Source: an uncultured Candidatus Saccharibacteria bacterium (GTDB lineage: Bacteria > Patescibacteriota > WWE3 > JAUXAW01 > JAYEID01). From it: a stretch of DNA of 34,611 bases. The stretch lies in contig CAZUPF010000002.1 in NCBI GenBank assembly GCA_964622035.1, positions 1 to 34,611 on the forward strand, given 5' to 3'. Positions 18,054 through 26,455 of the stretch are shown one piece after another. Within the stretch, counting starts at the first letter, position 1. Each line of letters starts with the position of its first letter. The notes under the pieces are model-generated. The model saw only the letters and a list, made by a program, of their open reading frames with translations, had not been told where the DNA came from and did no database searches. Made by a program: the position numbers and the translations under genes.

Positions 18054-18142
18054 GGTTATCTACTTAGTCTTGGTTTGGGTCTGAGTCGGGTGTTGGCTAA
18101 TTAAGAGGAGAGTGACGATGTGGGGCAGGCAGTACGAGCGGA

Positions 18143-18403
18143 TTGGCTATTTTTGGGAAAAAGGAGAGGATTACGGTGGTTGACTGTAACAACGAGGTAG
18201 CAGCAGAGTATGTCCTCCAGTGGGGGGACGTCGGCGAAGTTGCGGAGGGGAATGACGTAGGTTCAGAGGGGGCCGAACCCGCGCCACCAGGTGGGTTTCC
18301 AGAAGGAACGCCTCCCGAGCTCAGAAAGCTGTGGTCTCTAGGACAGATCTCGCTGGGGACCATCAGAGAGCGGCTTGGGAGGTCTGGCTCCGTGTTTATG
18401 TGA
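18143..18403 (+). CDS. Small acidic hypothetical protein (start uncertain; possibly frameshifted or remnant)
   Basis: 86-codon ORF between the leader terminator and a downstream terminator; the best SD (AAGAGGAG) precedes an ATG at 18118 in another frame (21 aa). Confidence 0.4.
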   Translation: MAIFGKKERITVVDCNNEVAAEYVLQWGDVGEVAEGNDVGSEGAEPAPPGGFPEGTPPELRKLWSLGQISLGTIRERLGRSGSVFM

Positions 18404-18409
18404 GCCTCG

Positions 18410-18464
18410 GGCCCAGGAGTTGTGCTTCGCTTCGTGCGAGCTCGATTCTTGGGCCTCTTTCTTT
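18410..18464 (+). terminator. Long-hairpin intrinsic terminator
   Basis: GGCCCAGGAGTTG...CGATTCTTGGGCC with inner GCTTCGC/GCGAGC, followed by TCTTTCTTT. Confidence 0.65.
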
Positions 18465-18524
18465 GGCTCTGCAACACACCGCAAAGTGTGGACGGGAAGC
18501 TTTATCCTGTGCTATCTTAGGTTT

Positions 18525-19892
18525 ATGTTTGAGCGCTCCCTGGCTAAGGGTTTGCCAGAAAAAATTGGCGAGGCGGTAAATATTTTTGGCTGGGTCAATT
18601 CCCGCCGCGACCATGGCGGGGTGGTTTTTCTGGATCTTCGCGACCGCAGTGGGGTGGTCCAGGTTGTCTGTTCTCCGGAGCAGGCGAAGGAGATTCGGGA
18701 CGAGTGGGTGCTACGTATTGAGGGTGAAGTGCAAGCGCGGCCGGAGACTATGGTCAACCCCAAGCTGGTTACGGGTACGGTGGAGGTAAAGGCGCGGGAG
18801 GTCGTGGTTTTAGCGGAGGCGCAAACACCGCCTTTTGATGTTCATGATGATGGTTACGCGGTGAATGAGAAGACTCGGCTGAAATACCGCTATTTGGATT
18901 TGCGCCGGCCACGGCTGGCGCGCAATATCCGTTTTCGGGCCCAAGCGGTTAAGTTTATTCGCGATTTTCTCACCGCGCGAGATTTTGTGGAAGTTGAGAC
19001 GCCTATTCTTTCTAAATCTACTCCGGAGGGCGCGCGGGACTTCTTGGTGCCCTCGCGGCTCCAGCCGGGAAAGTTCTACGCCTTACCCCAGAGCCCCCAG
19101 CAGTACAAGCAGCTTCTAATGGTCGCTGGCTTGGAACGCTACTTCCAAATCGCTCGCTGTTTCCGGGATGAAGACTTGCGCGCCGACCGCCAGCTTGAGT
19201 TCACCCAGCTAGACTTGGAGATGTCGTTCACTGATCAGGAGGAGGTTTTGAGCTTGACCGAGGAGCTGTTTACCGAGCTGGTTGAGACGCTGACGGATAA
19301 GAAAATTTCCCAGAAACCGTTTCCTCGATTAGATTATCAGGAGGCGATGGATAAATTTGGGACGGATGCTCCCGATTTGCGGAAGAACAAAGAGGATAAG
19401 GACGAGCTGGCTTTCTGCTGGGTGGTGGATTTTCCCCTGTTTGAGAAGGACGCTGAGGGTAATTTAGCGCCCTCGCACCACCCGTTTACGGCGCCCAAAG
19501 ATGAAGACCTGCCCCTTTTGGAAACAGACCCGTCAAAGGTTCGTTCCTGGCAGCACGACCTGGTTCTCAACGGTCACGAGATTGCGGGGGGTAGTATTCG
19601 GATAACTAATCCGGAGGTCCTGGCCAGGGTTTTTGAAATACTAGGTCACTCCCGAGAGGAGACCCAGGCCAAGTTTGGCCATCTTTTGGAGGCGTTTGCG
19701 TACGGAGTCCCGCCGCACGGGGGAATTGCTCCGGGCATTGACCGAATTGTGGCCCTTCTCTTGGGAGAGGAGAGTATTCGCGAAGTGATGGCCTTCCCAG
19801 TTACTTCTTTGGGAACAACCTCAGTTATGAGCGCTCCGAGTACGGCAGACGAGGGGCAGCTTAAGGAATTGGGTATTAAGACCGACAGCTAA
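18525..19892 (+). CDS. aspS: Aspartate--tRNA ligase, bacterial type lacking the GAD insertion; probably non-discriminating
   Basis: RRDHGG..FLDLRD, RLKYRYLDLR, STPEGARDF, LPQSPQ, FRDEDLRADRQ, PPHGGIA; ATG 18525 follows a TGCTATCTT -10. Confidence 0.98.
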   Translation: MFERSLAKGLPEKIGEAVNIFGWVNSRRDHGGVVFLDLRDRSGVVQVVCSPEQAKEIRDEWVLRIEGEVQARPETMVNPKLVTGTVEVKAREVVVLAEAQTPPFDVHDDGYAVNEKTRLKYRYLDLRRPRLARNIRFRAQAVKFIRDFLTARDFVEVETPILSKSTPEGARDFLVPSRLQPGKFYALPQSPQQYKQLLMVAGLERYFQIARCFRDEDLRADRQLEFTQLDLEMSFTDQEEVLSLTEELFTELVETLTDKKISQKPFPRLDYQEAMDKFGTDAPDLRKNKEDKDELAFCWVVDFPLFEKDAEGNLAPSHHPFTAPKDEDLPLLETDPSKVRSWQHDLVLNGHEIAGGSIRITNPEVLARVFEILGHSREETQAKFGHLLEAFAYGVPPHGGIAPGIDRIVALLLGEESIREVMAFPVTSLGTTSVMSAPSTADEGQLKELGIKTDS

Positions 19893-19934
19893 TAGTTAAA
19901 CAACCCCGCCCACCGACCGTTAACTGTTTTTATT

Positions 19935-20981
19935 ATGTTTTCCTTCTTTTTTGTGCGCACTAAACGCCGCTTGCGGACTGGTGTTCGTCTCCTTCGCCGC
20001 CGGGTGGGGCTTCGCCCCCAACACACCCTTAGATATTTAGGGTTTTTCTTCATCTTTTTTCTCTCTATCTTCTCCAGAGCACCTCTTTCAGGAGAGGCGT
20101 CAGTCGGGTCCCCTTCTGCTGGGGGCGAGGTTGCCGGAGCTGAGGCACCCTCGCCGTTCGAGGCCGTTCTTCAGGAAGAGGAGTACTCTCCAACCTACCC
20201 GCGTCGTATTCCCAACAGTGATGACCTGCCACCCCTCACCGCTCGCGCAATTTTAGTTTTGGATGGGGAGAATGGGAAAATCCTTTACAAAAAGAATATT
20301 CATGAGCCGCTCTCTCCCGCCTCGCTGACGAAGATTATGACGGCCCTGGTTTCCTTGGAAAGATATTCTTTGGATGAGGAGTTGCTGGTGCCGGCGAACT
20401 GTCTTTTGGGTTTGGAGGGTCGGGCTCAGATGGGTCTGCTCAGTGGGGAGAGGGTGAGTGTAGAGACGCTCCTCTACGGCCTTCTCTTGAATTCGGCTTC
20501 TGATGCGGCTTGCGTTTTGGCTCGCGGGGCTCAGAGCGAGGTGGAGTTTGTGGGTTTGATGAACCAGCGGGCCCAGAAGTTGGGACTCTCCGAGACCAGT
20601 TTCGACAACCCGGTGGGTCTCGATGGTGCTGGTAATTACTCCTCGGCGTGGGACCTAGTAGTTTTGGCGCAGGAAGCGATGGGCAGCCCCGTTTTTAGGA
20701 AGATTGCTGGTACGGCGGAGGCTACTCGGGTTGGTTTTGTTTCTTCCAAAAAGCAGTGGCACAGTTTGAAAAGCACCAATGCTTTGCTGAGCGACCCAAC
20801 ACTTTCAGGGGTAACGGGGGTAAAGACGGGAAAGACAGTAGCTGCGGGAGAGTGCCTTATCGCTTCTTGGATTTGGCAGGATCGAGAGATCTTTAGTGCA
20901 GTTTTGGGTAGTGAGGACCGCTTTGCTGAAATGACGGAGGTCTTATCTTGGGTTCGGCAGGTATTCTCAATGTCCCTCTGA
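19935..20981 (+). CDS. D-alanyl-D-alanine carboxypeptidase, peptidase S11 family
   Basis: PASLTKIMT (SxxK), F.NPVGLD, YSSA.DL, GVKTG; N-terminal TM segment; SxN motif reads SAS. Confidence 0.92.
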   Translation: MFSFFFVRTKRRLRTGVRLLRRRVGLRPQHTLRYLGFFFIFFLSIFSRAPLSGEASVGSPSAGGEVAGAEAPSPFEAVLQEEEYSPTYPRRIPNSDDLPPLTARAILVLDGENGKILYKKNIHEPLSPASLTKIMTALVSLERYSLDEELLVPANCLLGLEGRAQMGLLSGERVSVETLLYGLLLNSASDAACVLARGAQSEVEFVGLMNQRAQKLGLSETSFDNPVGLDGAGNYSSAWDLVVLAQEAMGSPVFRKIAGTAEATRVGFVSSKKQWHSLKSTNALLSDPTLSGVTGVKTGKTVAAGECLIASWIWQDREIFSAVLGSEDRFAEMTEVLSWVRQVFSMSL

Positions 20982-20987
20982 GAAGAG

Positions 20988-22121
20988 CTACTCCCCCGGA
21001 CGCGCCCCGTTCTCAAACCACTCCTCGGTAACCGCGGGAAGATAGACTACACAGTCCCAGCGTTCTCTGTTCCCCGTCCCAATAAGGCCCTCGAAGACGA
21101 ATATCGGCGCGAGGTATTTTTGCGGCTGGGGGCTTTCGAAATAGGCGAGGTAGGCCTTGTAGATGTGGACACTCTCTGGTTGGGGCAGGGAGAAACTCTC
21201 GTGGGGATCAGCTCCCTGCTTTTTTAGGTATGTCACCCGCCCCTCTCCGGCCAAGAGTCTCCTCCAAATTTGCTCTGGGGTTTCGAGGGGGTAGGTGGAC
21301 CCCCGGTCCTCCTCGGCTTCCCAATTTTGGTATTTGGCCAGCGGGAAACGCCCGAGCCACTCTCCCTGTTGTTGGGAGATAGCCACCCAGATCGATCCTT
21401 CTTTGGGGTTTGGTCCTAAGATGGGGTAGCTTTGGCCGCTCACGTCTAGCTGTTTGATGATGTCTACTCGGGTGAGGTGGGCGTCTGAGAGGCTACCGGC
21501 CTCCCGTAGTTGGCCATTTTCGATTTTTAGATAGCTTGTTGTTTTCTGGCTCCTGTTCGCTGTGGGGGAGGGCAGGTTTAGGCGGTCAAGGAAGCCCGTG
21601 GCCTCGGTTTTGGCGCGTTCTTCTGGGGGCGCGGATCCTGGTGAGAGGCTTTTCCCCAGAATGCTGAGATCGGTGTCAAGAGAGAAGTTTAGACTGACAA
21701 TATTTATCTCCATACTCTTGGCTTCGGCAATGAAGCGCTGGCTGCTGGAGGATAGAATCTTCGGTGGGGAAGAGAACCCTAGCTGCGCTGCCAACTCTTG
21801 GGCCCTTTGGCTCTTTAGTGGTGTGGTGGACACCCTCTTTATAGGGAAGACGGGCAGTTGGCTGGGAAGGTCAGGCAGTCTCCCGGTTGGGGTTTCCAGG
21901 GTGTAGGCCACATTCTCCCCCTCGATTTCCAGACCCGGGATGTTTTGGGGGGGGATTTTGCCAAAGCCTGTTTCTGGGAGTGCTTCTTCGGGGGGGAAGT
22001 AGTTTTGGTAGACGGTAACCGCGACACCCCACGCCACCTTTCCAGTAGCTAGCACAATCAGGAGAATGATGGAGAGGGTGACCGCTTTGCGGGTGTTGCG
22101 GGCAGTTTGGGTGAGACTCAT
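20988..22121 (-). CDS. Hypothetical single-pass membrane protein (377 aa)
   Basis: Long ORF with N-terminal TM followed by a Pro-rich linker (PP...FGKIP); TGCTAAGAT -10 just upstream of ATG 22121. Confidence 0.85.
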   Translation of the reverse strand: MSLTQTARNTRKAVTLSIILLIVLATGKVAWGVAVTVYQNYFPPEEALPETGFGKIPPQNIPGLEIEGENVAYTLETPTGRLPDLPSQLPVFPIKRVSTTPLKSQRAQELAAQLGFSSPPKILSSSSQRFIAEAKSMEINIVSLNFSLDTDLSILGKSLSPGSAPPEERAKTEATGFLDRLNLPSPTANRSQKTTSYLKIENGQLREAGSLSDAHLTRVDIIKQLDVSGQSYPILGPNPKEGSIWVAISQQQGEWLGRFPLAKYQNWEAEEDRGSTYPLETPEQIWRRLLAGEGRVTYLKKQGADPHESFSLPQPESVHIYKAYLAYFESPQPQKYLAPIFVFEGLIGTGNRERWDCVVYLPAVTEEWFENGARPGE

Positions 22122-22165
22122 GACAACGCAATTCATCTTAGCACAAGAAACGCGGTCCTGGCCAG

Positions 22166-22194
22166 TTGCCAACAACCTGTGTTGTAGGTATAAT
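22166..22194 (+). promoter_or_regulatory. Near-consensus sigma70 promoter with an inverted repeat in the spacer
   Basis: TTGCCA-N17-TATAAT; spacer contains ACAAC-N4-GTTGT; divergent minus-strand -10 at 22135-22143. Confidence 0.75.
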
Positions 22195-22249
22195 ATCTCT
22201 ATAGGTATGTTAGGAAGGCTTGAACACTTAGTTTAGAGAGGAGTCGGAT

Positions 22250-22885
22250 GTGAAGAAGCTGGCATGGTTCTTGCAGAAGCACTCCACCGGGGCCTATCTG
22301 GTGCTGGTGGTAGCGGCGTTTGTATCTTGCGTTATTGTGGTTTACCGAACCTGGCGGATGGTGCAGAGACCGCCCGAGCGGATGGTCTTGGAGGTGTATT
22401 TACCTCCACAAGTAGCCGTCGAGTTCAGCGAGGCTAGTCTGCCGGGGTGGGTAGTTACCGAGCAGGGCCCAACCCGCTTCACCGAGGCGGAGTCGCTTAC
22501 GGAATTGGCTTCGGTAGCAGCAGAGGTGGGGGTGAGGAATACCCTGCGTATTGCCCGAGGTGGTCTGCTTTATCAGACCGAACTTGCGGGGCGGGTGTGC
22601 TACTACCGAACGGAGGAGCCCGCGCTTTTTCGGCACGAGATGTGGGCTGTGATATCTCGCGGGTGGCTGGTGGCGGGGCATCTCCCGCGTTTTGAAGACG
22701 GTAAGCTGGTCATTTTCTGGGCGTACGATCCGGGAAAGTCGGGAGCATTTGATATTCTTCTCCTACCCCTGATTTTGTCCGGGATGGCTGGAGCGGTCGC
22801 TGTTGTTCTGCTAGCTATTAGTAAGGCGATGCTGGCGGCGCGGTTTCCTCTGCCTGAAGCTGACAGTGATACTGATGGTGGGTAG
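22250..22885 (+). CDS. Hypothetical two-TM membrane protein (paralog A)
   Basis: SD GAGAGGAG, GTG start, N- and C-terminal hydrophobic helices, own promoter and terminator. Confidence 0.8.
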   Translation: MKKLAWFLQKHSTGAYLVLVVAAFVSCVIVVYRTWRMVQRPPERMVLEVYLPPQVAVEFSEASLPGWVVTEQGPTRFTEAESLTELASVAAEVGVRNTLRIARGGLLYQTELAGRVCYYRTEEPALFRHEMWAVISRGWLVAGHLPRFEDGKLVIFWAYDPGKSGAFDILLLPLILSGMAGAVAVVLLAISKAMLAARFPLPEADSDTDGG

Positions 22886-22910
22886 GGCGGGATTCCTGCC
22901 TTGGTTATCC

Positions 22911-22962
22911 AGAGACCCCAGTCGCTTGCGCTAGCAGGCAGCGGTTGGGGTCTTTTCTTTTC
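22911..22962 (+). terminator. Long-hairpin intrinsic terminator
   Basis: AGAGACCCCAGTCGCT...AGCGGTTGGGGTCTTT followed by TCTTTTC. Confidence 0.75.
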
Positions 22963-23031
22963 TCCTATAGTTTGGTAATATATAAGACATTCGGGCGAGA
23001 GACAGGATTTGTAGCGGAGAGGAGGAGAGGA

Positions 23032-23661
23032 ATGTTGCAAGAGATGCGGGATGAGTGGGCGGGGACGCGTCGTGTTGATCGGGCGGTGCTGGTTTTCAGG
23101 GGGGTAATCTTTGCCCTCCTCGTGATAGGCCTTGCTTACATAGCGTGGCAGGGTTGGCTTGAGGGGCGCGACCCGTCCTTTGGTAAGGTGGTCTGGTCGG
23201 TGCACGAGATATACTCCCCGCCGGATCTCCGGTTGGCGAAAGCCTCGCTGGGGGCCTGTGTTGAGGAGTACTTTGCGGACTTTCAGGCGTTTGCTGAAGA
23301 GCCTAAGAGTGACACCGTCCTCATAGTCGAGAAGCGCAGTCTGTCCTGGAGACTGGTTTACATTACTAATGGGGCCAGTGGTTGTCACACCTATCGGGCG
23401 AGCGTTGAAGGGGGGGAACTTCCGAGGCCGACTTGGGGCTCCTATTTTCCGCTGTCCGACTCGGGCGAGCACTCGCCGCGACTTGGTACGGATGGTCGCC
23501 TGCGCCTGCCCTGGAAGTACGGACCTCACCTAATTCTTCCCGTGGGGGCCTTTCTTGGGGGAGTGGCAGTATTTGTTCTCTGGGCCCTATCTGGTGTGGC
23601 GGGGTGGATTTGGAAGCGAACTTACCCAGACTGTGTGGAGGAAACAGTTTGCGAAGGCTAA
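23032..23661 (+). CDS. Hypothetical two-TM membrane protein (paralog B)
   Basis: SD GGAGG, ATG 23032, TGGTAATAT -10 at 22973-22981, two TM helices. Confidence 0.8.
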   Translation: MLQEMRDEWAGTRRVDRAVLVFRGVIFALLVIGLAYIAWQGWLEGRDPSFGKVVWSVHEIYSPPDLRLAKASLGACVEEYFADFQAFAEEPKSDTVLIVEKRSLSWRLVYITNGASGCHTYRASVEGGELPRPTWGSYFPLSDSGEHSPRLGTDGRLRLPWKYGPHLILPVGAFLGGVAVFVLWALSGVAGWIWKRTYPDCVEETVCEG

Positions 23662-23669
23662 TGCTCTTG

Positions 23670-23750
23670 GGCGGGGTCTCATTTATACGAGGCACCCGCC
23701 TCTCTTTTGGGCAAAAAAAGAGGTGGCTTGTGCGGGTGCACAAACCACCT
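23670..23750. terminator. Back-to-back terminators for convergent genes
   Basis: Plus strand: GGCGGGGTCTC/GAGGCACCCGCC followed by TCTCTTTT; minus strand: A7 followed by AGGTGG-C-TTGTGC/GCACAA-A-CCACCT. Confidence 0.75.
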
Positions 23751-23784
23751 AGTTCGGGTTGCTCTTGGCCTCAGCGGCTGTTTC

Positions 23785-24234
23785 TCAGTCGCCGCGACCG
23801 AAGAGATTGGCCGGATCCGTTGTGGATTCGACCACCTCCAGCCTGCCGGCTTCGTCCTTGTAGACGATGCTGATGAGCAAGAGGCTTTCGCCTCCCGGTC
23901 CCAGGATGGTGGCGGGCTGGAGCAGCCCGACCGCTGGTCGGTCGAGCTCGAACTCCTCTGTCAGCCACCCCTGCCCCTCAAACTCTTCGTGGATGATCAA
24001 TCTTTCCCGGTCGTGCGGGACGAAGATGACCATCTCGTTGTCGCAGAGGGGGTCAAGGAAGGTCCAGGCATCCTGCGCCTGGTCCTGCTGGTCGGGGGTG
24101 GGTTTGCCACCATCGGCGAGGATAGTCGGCAGGAATATCCCGCCGGTGTTTTTGGTGCTGTACCATACGGGGCCGATAAGGGCGATCGCCAGGATGGCGA
24201 TCACCAGTAACGAGATATAGAACTTTCGGGACAT
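23785..24234 (-). CDS. Hypothetical secreted or membrane-anchored acidic protein (149 aa)
   Basis: SD TAAGGAGG, MSRKFYISLLVIAILAIALIG signal/anchor sequence, own terminator. Confidence 0.8.
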   Translation of the reverse strand: MSRKFYISLLVIAILAIALIGPVWYSTKNTGGIFLPTILADGGKPTPDQQDQAQDAWTFLDPLCDNEMVIFVPHDRERLIIHEEFEGQGWLTEEFELDRPAVGLLQPATILGPGGESLLLISIVYKDEAGRLEVVESTTDPANLFGRGD

Positions 24235-24283
24235 GGTTGCCTCCTTATGAACTATGACTGCTTGACTGTCTCCGTTTCCACTT

Positions 24284-24414
24284 AAAACAAAAAACCCTGC
24301 TTGCCGCTGGCGGTCAACCCGAAACCCGCCCGAGCCCGCAGAGATGGTTGTTAAGGTCCCTCCGATTCCTTCTTGGAACTCCTTAACTATAACACAAAAT
24401 GGGCTAAAAATCAA
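24284..24414 (-). promoter_or_regulatory. Promoter plus 5' leader containing a boxA-like motif and a terminator-like hairpin
   Basis: TTGATT-N17-TATAGT (24414-24386); GGACCTTAACAAC (24359-24347); CTCTGC..GGCGG..CCGCC..GCAGGG followed by TTTTTTGTTTT. Confidence 0.55.
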
Positions 24415-24465
24415 GTCCTAGTCTTAATCTTCGGTCGGCGGCGGCAATTTGCTATACTTAAGCCA

Positions 24466-26010
24466 ATGATTTCCAAATCTTTAACGAAAACGAAAATTCG
24501 CGTGCGCAGTGCGCCAAGCCCGACCGGGCGGCCACATATTGGCACCGCTTATAATGCCCTTTTCAACTATGTTTTTGCTAAGAAGTACGGGGGGAAGTGG
24601 CTGGTGCGGATTGAGGATACCGATCGGGCGCGTTACGATCCTGAGGGAGAGAAAGAGATTTTGGAATCTTTTCACTGGCTTGGTTTAGATCCGGATGAGT
24701 CCCCCGAGGTCGGTGGTGATTTCGGCCCCTACCGCCAATCAGAGCGGCTGGAGATTTACCAGAAATACGCGCGCGAGTTGGTTGCCGCGGGCGCAGCTTA
24801 CTACTGTTTTTGCACCAAAGAGCGTTTGGAAAAAGTGCGGTCCCAATGCGCGGCAAGCGGCCAGCCGCCGATGTATGATGGCTGCTGCCGCGAGCTGGAT
24901 TCGCGGGAAGCGGTGTCGCGGCTTAAGGCCGATGAATCTTTTGTCATCCGGCTTAAAGTGCCGCGAGAGGGGGAGACCAAATTTACCGATTTGGCGCGTG
25001 GGGAAATTAGCGTCGCCAACCGCGTCATTGACGATCAAGTGCTTTTGAAATCTGACGGCTTTCCCACTTACCACCTGGCGGTAGTCGTTGACGATTACTT
25101 GATGAAGATTACCCATATTATCCGTGGCGAGGAGTGGCTTTCCTCTACTCCCAAGCATATCCTTTTATATAACGCCTTTGGCTGGGAGCCACCAATTTAC
25201 GCTCACACACCGCTGCTGCGCGGCAAGGACAAATCTAAGTTGGGTAAGCGGCACGGGGCACTACCGATCTCGGAGTTTCGTAAGCAGGGCTTTTTGCCGG
25301 AAGCAATATTAAATTACATCGCCCGGCTTGGTTGGACCCACCCGGAGGAGAAGGAGGTTTTTACCTTGGAGGAAATGATCGAGAAGTTTGCGCTGAAGGA
25401 TCTCAATACCACAGCGCCAATTTTTGATCCTGTAAAGCTTACTTGGGTTAATGCACAACATATTAGAAGGAGATTGTTGGAGAATATACCCCTTCCAGAA
25501 AGACTAACTAGAACCGAGTCAACATCATCTTCTACACGTTCGGCCATGATCTCAGGGGCCACCACGACAACGCTGCCCTACATGGAGAAGGAGGGTTGGG
25601 TGGACCTTAGCAAGCCTGAGGATTGGGTAAAGGGTTCAGACATAACTAGGCTGATTGGCGAGCGTATTGGTCGGGCGGATGAGACCACGGAAATGGCTCG
25701 CTATTTTTTCGAAGCGCCCGAGATTGATCCCGAACTTCTGGTTCAGAAGGGCCGAACTAAAGAAGAGGCCAAGGAGATGCTCGCGGCAGCCGGAAATATT
25801 CTCGGTGAGGAAAACCTCGATCGTGATTGGCTGGAGGAGCAATTCCGCGCCGTAGCGGCCGAAAACGATTGGAAGATGGGGGAGCTATGCATGACCGTTC
25901 GGGTGGCCATCACTGGCAAGACCACCTCGCCCCCACTTTTTGAGAGCCTAGCGATTTTGGGAACTGGGGAGTCCCTTTCTCGGCTAGAAACCGCCTCCAA
26001 TCTCCTCTGA
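24466..26010 (+). CDS. gltX: Glutamate--tRNA ligase
   Basis: APSPTG.PHIG, RIEDTD, PYRQSER, CFC..YDGCC Zn site, PTYH, RGEEW, KLGKR; TGCTATACT -10 at 24450-24458. Confidence 0.98.
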   Translation: MISKSLTKTKIRVRSAPSPTGRPHIGTAYNALFNYVFAKKYGGKWLVRIEDTDRARYDPEGEKEILESFHWLGLDPDESPEVGGDFGPYRQSERLEIYQKYARELVAAGAAYYCFCTKERLEKVRSQCAASGQPPMYDGCCRELDSREAVSRLKADESFVIRLKVPREGETKFTDLARGEISVANRVIDDQVLLKSDGFPTYHLAVVVDDYLMKITHIIRGEEWLSSTPKHILLYNAFGWEPPIYAHTPLLRGKDKSKLGKRHGALPISEFRKQGFLPEAILNYIARLGWTHPEEKEVFTLEEMIEKFALKDLNTTAPIFDPVKLTWVNAQHIRRRLLENIPLPERLTRTESTSSSTRSAMISGATTTTLPYMEKEGWVDLSKPEDWVKGSDITRLIGERIGRADETTEMARYFFEAPEIDPELLVQKGRTKEEAKEMLAAAGNILGEENLDRDWLEEQFRAVAAENDWKMGELCMTVRVAITGKTTSPPLFESLAILGTGESLSRLETASNLL

Positions 26011-26040
26011 CCACTACTGCCGCTACTACCCTCTCACCGC

Positions 26041-26073
26041 TTTACCTCATTACACTAGTGTATTATACTAGGG
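26041..26073 (+). promoter_or_regulatory. Promoter with overlapping palindromic operator-like site
   Basis: TTTACC-N17-TATACT with perfect palindrome TACACTAGTGTA (26051-26062) in the spacer. Confidence 0.75.
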
Positions 26074-26086
26074 TAGTGGGGGCTTT

Positions 26087-26398
26087 ATGACCAAGATTTC
26101 GCGATACAAAGTTGATAAAAAGCTGGGGCGTAGGCTAAAGAAGGAGTTTTGGCAGTTTTTGGGGGCGGCTAAGGGGAAGGACGTGGAGGAATTCTTTGGA
26201 GAGTTTTTAACCCCGACGGAGATTATCATGTTTTCCAAGCGTTTGGCAATTCTGAAGAGGCTCGAGGTGGGTCAGTCCTACTCCCAAATACGAATGGACC
26301 TCAAGGTGACGAATGCCACGGTGGCCAAGATGAGTAATATCCTTCACCGCGCGAGTAGGGTCTTTCGTTCGGTGCTAGTTCGGTCTAGTAAGAAATGA
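26087..26398 (+). CDS. TrpR/YerC/YecD-like helix-turn-helix repressor
   Basis: EFF.EFLTPTEIIMFSKRLAI..L..G.SYSQI...LKVTNATVAKMS matches the TrpR-fold pattern (LTP.E...L..R, HTH ATI.R). Confidence 0.85.
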   Translation: MTKISRYKVDKKLGRRLKKEFWQFLGAAKGKDVEEFFGEFLTPTEIIMFSKRLAILKRLEVGQSYSQIRMDLKVTNATVAKMSNILHRASRVFRSVLVRSSKK

Positions 26399-26425
26399 TG
26401 CCCTTTAGGGTTTAGTGATATCACA

Positions 26426-26455
26426 CTAGTATATTACACTAGTGTAATATACTAG
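26426..26455. repeat. Perfect 30-bp palindrome with three CTAG cores at 13-bp spacing; overlaps a direct repeat of the upstream site
   Basis: CTAGTATATTACACT|AGTGTAATATACTAG; 26433-26457 matches 26049-26073 at 24 of 25 positions. Confidence 0.9.

Noticed and set aside
22603..24210. ORFs 22603-23529 (-) and 23707-24210 (+)
   Set aside because: They overlap better-supported genes that have SD, promoter, TM segments and terminators.
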